Source: Octopus sinensis (taxonomy: Eukaryota). Taken from it: 12,977 bases of DNA. A program made the position numbers and the translations under genes. The notes under the pieces were generated by a model. It was not told where the DNA came from, searched no databases, and saw nothing but the letters and a program-made list of their open reading frames with translations. The number at the start of each line of letters is the position of its first letter. Within the stretch, counting starts at the first letter, position 1. Below are positions 8,808 through 12,977 of the stretch, piece by piece. The stretch lies in NCBI RefSeq assembly GCF_006345805.1, contig NW_021826442.1, positions 1 through 12,977 of the forward strand, written 5' to 3'.

Positions 8808-9435
8808 CTCTTCGCATGTTCTGGTAAGAATCGTAAAGTCAGCGAGACTATCAGTCGCAAAAATGCTACTCTTTATCAGGCTTTGTCGTCCGATTCTCCC
8901 GAGGCTTTGTTTAAGTTTTTTCTGCTTTCGCTAGTTTAGGTTCCAGTTCTATCCGATCGCGTGATACCCAAAAGGTTCCCTAGTGCCAGCGGATTATAGA
9001 CGTCTGTGCCTGTTTTGTTTATTATGATTTTGACTTGAACTGATCAACTGGTGATCCCATACCTTTCAAACAAGAAAACGTGGAGTCAGGGGCTACTTCG
9101 CACGAGGCGGATGATGCGGGCCGTCCGAAGTAAACTGTTTCAAGGTGACGTTGATGGGACTGTTTGGGTAATATGTCGCGTCCCACACGAGCTACCCATC
9201 CCATGGTGGCTACATGCCACCTGTCAATCTATCTTATTATCATTTACATCAAGAACTTTTGTCCTTGGATGTCGCTATTGCTTTGTCGTTACACTTTCTT
9301 CTGAACACCTTGTTTACTAAGGTGGGACGTTCTCGTGCTGCGCTCCCACTACGCTTTGGAAATATTAAGGTTCGTTCTTGTGCAGATCTTGCCTTGCTAT
9401 CTCTCCTCGTTGTCCGCTTCTGGAACCTGCTCTAA
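8808..9435 (+). mobile_element. Degraded internal fragments of a CRE-like non-LTR retrotransposon ORF
   Basis: VLVRIVKSARLSVAK..SSDSPEALFKFF, AVRSKLFQGDVDGTV (cf. SKLEEGDVRGAV) and AALPLRFGNIKVRSCADLAL (cf. ASLPLRLGGLGIRSAVDLAL). The RT core that should lie between the last two is absent. Confidence 0.65.
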
Positions 9436-9464
9436 ATATTCATATTCGAATTTATTTATTCAAC

Positions 9465-10238
9465 AAGTTACTGCCATTAAATTGGCTAATTCGATTTCAA
9501 TAGCAATAGATGAATATTTGATTGACAGGTGAAGTGTGCATCTATACTACAACAAATGCGAAATATTCTAAATTAAGCTAGAAAGGGGCATATTATTTGG
9601 CGACAACATGTCTTCGTTGTTGTTTGTCCTTAGCCTAGAACCGCTGAGTAGAGTCCTCACTGCCCAATTCGATAAAATGTCGATCGAACACGATGAATAG
9701 TGTTTTAGCATCAACGATTTCATGTTCATAGACTACATTAAACTGTTCGCACGGCCTTCAGAGATCCTCCACTCGATGGGCAAAGTCTTGGAAGGTTTTA
9801 TGAAAGCGTGGAGCTCAACTATAGCAAGTCGGCGACTAACATCCTTGTGTGTGGTGACCTTGTCAAAGTCTTGGAGGAACAGAAAAAGTATGAGTATCTT
9901 TGTGTGTTTGAGAGTCCACACCCAAAACGAGGAAATGTGAAGTCAAGGGTGTGCGTAGTAGGACAGTAATGTTATGCAAAACTGGCCTCAATGCACGGAA
10001 CTTATTTTATGCATTGAACAAGTGCGCGATCTCATTGCTGAACTACTACGTTGGCTTGATGGAATTCGAGCCAAATGGGTACGATGACTTTATTGTCCGA
10101 AGATTACTTCAAGAGAATTACGTCCACGTGTTGGCAAACAATAAAGAAAGAGAATACTTTCTTGCGGGTACCTAGGACGTGGACTGAGTAACATTGTACA
10201 CTTAAATGAGCGAATTTGTACTAAGATGCACTTGAAGA
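9465..10238 (+). mobile_element. Degraded reverse-transcriptase fragment of the R4/Dong-like RLE family
   Basis: KLERGILFGDNMSSLLFVLSLEPLSR, FMFIDYIKLF (catalytic DD mutated to DY), KYEYL, LNARNLFYALN..AISLLNYYVG, ER.Y..GRGL. Contains stops and frameshifts. Confidence 0.88.
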
Positions 10239-10244
10239 ATTGAC

Positions 10245-10440
10245 ATTTATTTTAACATTTTGTGTAGAATATGGTTGATCGGGCTGAGTTTTCTTTTATT
10301 TTTTAACTTTGCTGATTTTATACTTTGGGTTGCAAATAATACATTTCACGACTTTGTTATGTCTTCTGAAATAGTTTCTGTTGAACATCTTCCAACACTG
10401 AGTTGCCAAGTGACCAACGGTTTTTTTGCATATTATAAAA
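10245..10440 (-). mobile_element. RLE retrotransposon zinc-knuckle fragment, downstream half of a copy interrupted by the Ginger-like element
   Basis: IICKKTVGHLATQCWKMFNRNYFRRHNKVVKCI is homologous to TVDHLATKC..RHNEVVRSL of the 6850-7931 copy. Confidence 0.8.
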
Positions 10441-10596
10441 TGTGACAGTCCGAATAAAATACACGCCGAATAATCTACACTTGTCACAAATGGCTGAAAA
10501 AATTAGAAATCTAAAATTAGTATGAAAAAAATCAATAATTGATTATTTATTTTAGTAGAATCACATTATTATTTTTTATTTAAAAAAGCGTGAAAC

Positions 10597-11531
10597 ATGC
10601 GTGTAGTGAGATTATTTAAGGAAACACTGGACAAAATCAAAGAAATGAAAGACTCCAACTTTGATACATCGTCAATCGAGCGGAATGAGCGATACAGGCT
10701 CACAAAATTGGGAAAGAATTTCCATTTTGAAAATGGAAAAACATATTTTTGAAAAAATGGGCTTAAAGGAGATGTAGGGACAGATACATTGCGGATTTAA
10801 TTGACCTCAGAAGATATTCGGCGTTGAATGATGGCTTTAGCTGGGTATGAATTGAATGATGGCTTTAGCTGGGTATGAATTTTGCAATTCGCAAATGGAT
10901 GCTCTATGTACGAAATATGGTATAAAACATGTACGTGGGAGGCCTCGTGCTCCTTGGGTACAAGGGCAAGTCGAAAGGTTAATGATTTAAAATCGATTTG
11001 TAGATTTAATCAAAGCATAAAACGCTGGATATCGTCGGCAAGTTCTTCTCAAAATTGTTTTGGACGATATCGCGAATGCATAAAGGACATCGTGTATGAT
11101 TACAATAACAGCATTCATTCTTTGACAAAAAAATCCCTTTTTATATATTCATGGGTGTTGAAAATCCTGGAAGGATTGATGAAGGGGGAATGGAGCAACT
11201 TTTAGCCTATGATTCAACTGGATTATCAGAGGCACGAGAAAGTGCATTAGAAAACTTAATTATTGCTGGCGAAAAAATGATTGAAAAAAGAAAATGGAGA
11301 TACGACGAAGAAAATATCAATGTCGGAACGACTGTGCTTTTAAGGTCTCAAGCGTCAAATTAATTTTTAGACAGGACAACGATGCCAATGTTCGGCAGTA
11401 TCCGCTGTACGATGGACTTGATGTTAATAAGTATATGTGTCGAGAGAAGAAATGATCTCTATGTTATCGAAAAGGAGGACGGTGAGCGGTTACACGGAAT
11501 TCATATTTCTCGAATAGCTAAAATTGATTAA
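10597..11531 (+). pseudogene. KRBA2/SCAND3-like (Ginger2-type) integrase pseudogene with two 26-nt introns (10978-11003, 11345-11370)
   Basis: RDRYIADLIDLRRYSALNDGFSW, EFCNSQMDALCTKYGIKHVRGRPRAPWVQGQVER|FNQSIKRW, YDYNNSIHSLTKKS, INVGTTVLLR|QDNDAN, IHISRIAKID*. The zinc-binding domain and second catalytic Asp region are deleted, and there are stops and frameshifts. Confidence 0.85.
10824..10879. repeat. Perfect 28-bp tandem duplication
   Basis: TTGAATGATGGCTTTAGCTGGGTATGAA at 10824-10851 and 10852-10879. Confidence 0.95.
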
Positions 11532-11821
11532 TTTTCATAAATCCATAATAAAAATAATTTTTTATTTAAATTAACGATAAATTTTATATGAAAATTTTAT
11601 TAGGATAACCTAAAATGGAATAACAATATTCAAACGTATAAGTTAACTGCGTAAATTGAGTGTGTTGGTTTTGTTTATATAAATTAGTAAAAAAGGTTAA
11701 TGAATTTTACATTAAAAATCATATTTTTAATAATAATTAAACATTTTGTTGTGTAAATTTTTAATTTCAGTAAAATTAAAGAATGTAATTATTCGGCGTG
11801 TATTTTATTCGGACTGTGACA

Positions 11822-11900
11822 TAAAATAATTACACAGTGCTCCCTCGGTTGAAAAAAACAAATTTCTAGCTTGCAGTAGGCAATAGTGTCTCACTTCTGG
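11822..11900 (-). mobile_element. RLE retrotransposon fragment, upstream half of the interrupted copy
   Basis: The minus strand gives degenerate NNSP..Q.RNLFF..EGALCNY, which joins in frame to 10435 downward once the insertion and one TSD copy are removed. Confidence 0.72.
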
Positions 11901-11984
11901 GGAATTATTTTAATATTAATGATTTTCAATAATAAAATTCTAATTAATATCAAAAGAGATTAGCAAACCAAATTAGAAAATAGT

Positions 11985-12022
11985 AATTAACTAATTAATT
12001 GCCTAAGTCCTAAGCCTTCGAA
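11985..12022 (-). mobile_element. Inverted copy of the 3' terminus of the RLE family
   Basis: The reverse complement TTCGAAGGCTTAGGACTTAGGCAATTAATTAGTTAATT aligns to 7889-7931 TTCGAAGGCTCTGGACTTAGTTAGCAAAATTACTTAGTTAATT. Confidence 0.75.
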
Positions 12023-12267
12023 CATACCCACCTCGATTGTTATTCACCTCAACAAACCCGAGATTGTTGTTCATGATAAGGTCACCGGGGAAATTGTTAT
12101 TGTAAAGGTAGGCATCACGTGCCTAGATTATTTGCAGACAATGGAAAAAGAAGAAAAGGAGGAAATATGACCTCCTTGCAAACAAGTCAGGGCTGACGCA
12201 TCAGTGTAAAGTTCATGTCATTATGTGTGTGATGACATTGGATGGACTGGGCACTAAATACCACAAG
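12023..12267 (+). mobile_element. Diverged endonuclease-domain fragment of the same RLE family
   Basis: Colinear nucleotide similarity to 7420-7663, with shared blocks such as GATAAGGTCACCGGGGA, GGCATCACGTGCCTAGA, TATGACCTCCTTGCAAAC and AAATACCACAAG. Confidence 0.93.
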
Positions 12268-12977
12268 GGTTGCAACTGATTTCAACACTGAATATTAATG
12301 ATAAGACGGATGTCAACGAATATGTTTCAGTGGACAGTAGGGCAACCAAAAGTCATATAATGCTTATCAAAATAAGGTCAATTTGTGTTTGTTTATATTA
12401 ATTGTTACAGTAATAGAGATACCAGGAAATAGCGATCCGAAGTAAAATAATTATAAAATTTTATTGTCCAAATAGAGAAATCTATAAAGACAAATACTGT
12501 GCAGGACGATTTTTTCGTTAATTTGATAATTTTATAAATTAATAAATAGCTTACTACAAAATCTGCTTTAAAATCGTACAGGAATAATGAAAATATTTGC
12601 TTAAGAATAGATTCGTTTATTGTTTGAATTGTTAATTTTTTTAAATGTTTAAATGACGCTTTTTGTTAACAATTTAGTCAATTTCGCGTTTAATCTTTAT
12701 GGAGTGTATTTTAGTTTCGATTTCATTTTATTTAAACAAAAATGAAAATATGGAAAAGTAATTCAAATTCTTTTTTTTTTGAAATAGCAAATAGTTGTCT
12801 ATTTTCGATTGCAATCATAAAAGAACAAAAATTAAGATATAAAGAAGTTTATTCCGAACAAAATTTTTATAGTTTTCCAACGATAGCTAGTCTATTAATA
12901 TCGATCTCGTAAGTGAATAAACTTACTCGCCCGGAGCCTGAAGGAACGAATTTCATTGGCGGTACTGAGTGTTGACG

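Larger units (their letters stand above)
10441..11821 (+). mobile_element. Ginger2/TDD-like integrase DNA transposon, 1381 bp, non-autonomous, both ends intact
   Basis: 34-bp TIRs (10441-10474 and 11788-11821, one mismatch) with TGT...ACA termini. 5-bp TSD TAAAA at 10436-10440 and 11822-11826. Encloses an rve-type integrase remnant. Confidence 0.9.

Noticed and set aside
5531-10445. Short ORFs antisense or off-frame to TE remnants (5531-5794, 5788-5985, 7405-7662, 7715-7915, 9022-9204, 9733-9921, 10260-10445)
   Set aside because: They are explained as shadow frames of Helitron and retrotransposon coding sequence.
10845-10868. GTATGA..TTTAG 24-nt pseudo-intron created by the 28-bp duplication (intron gain by duplication)
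   Set aside because: Splicing would remove 24 of the 28 duplicated bases and leave a frameshift, so it does not restore coding, and the gene is already dead.

Overview
AT-rich eukaryotic genomic DNA, not prokaryotic. The left part holds two intact minus-strand host genes that can only be assembled by removing very short GT-AG introns, mostly 23-31 nt. They are a Ric-8/synembryn G-alpha chaperone/GEF (2904->1158, 9-10 introns, ~494 aa) and an A20/AN1 zinc-finger gene of ZFAND5/6 type (4591->4056, 3 introns, one possibly only 17 nt). The metazoan-type Ric-8 motif GYGNAAGL plus mini-introns suggests a reduced parasitic animal such as a myxozoan or dicyemid; this is inference. Most of the rest is decayed transposable elements: an internally deleted Charlie-type hAT element, an I/Jockey-like fragment, a Helitron remnant abutting a ~94-bp tandem array, several R4/Dong-like RLE retrotransposon fragments, CRE-like fragments, and a complete-ended Ginger2/TDD-like DNA transposon (34-bp TGT..ACA TIRs, 5-bp TSD) nested in one RLE copy. 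The most notable observation is that the Ginger-like integrase gene is itself split by two 26-nt host-type mini-introns. I found no evidence for CRISPR or any multi-gene novel system. All calls come from manual translation and motif recall, without database searches.
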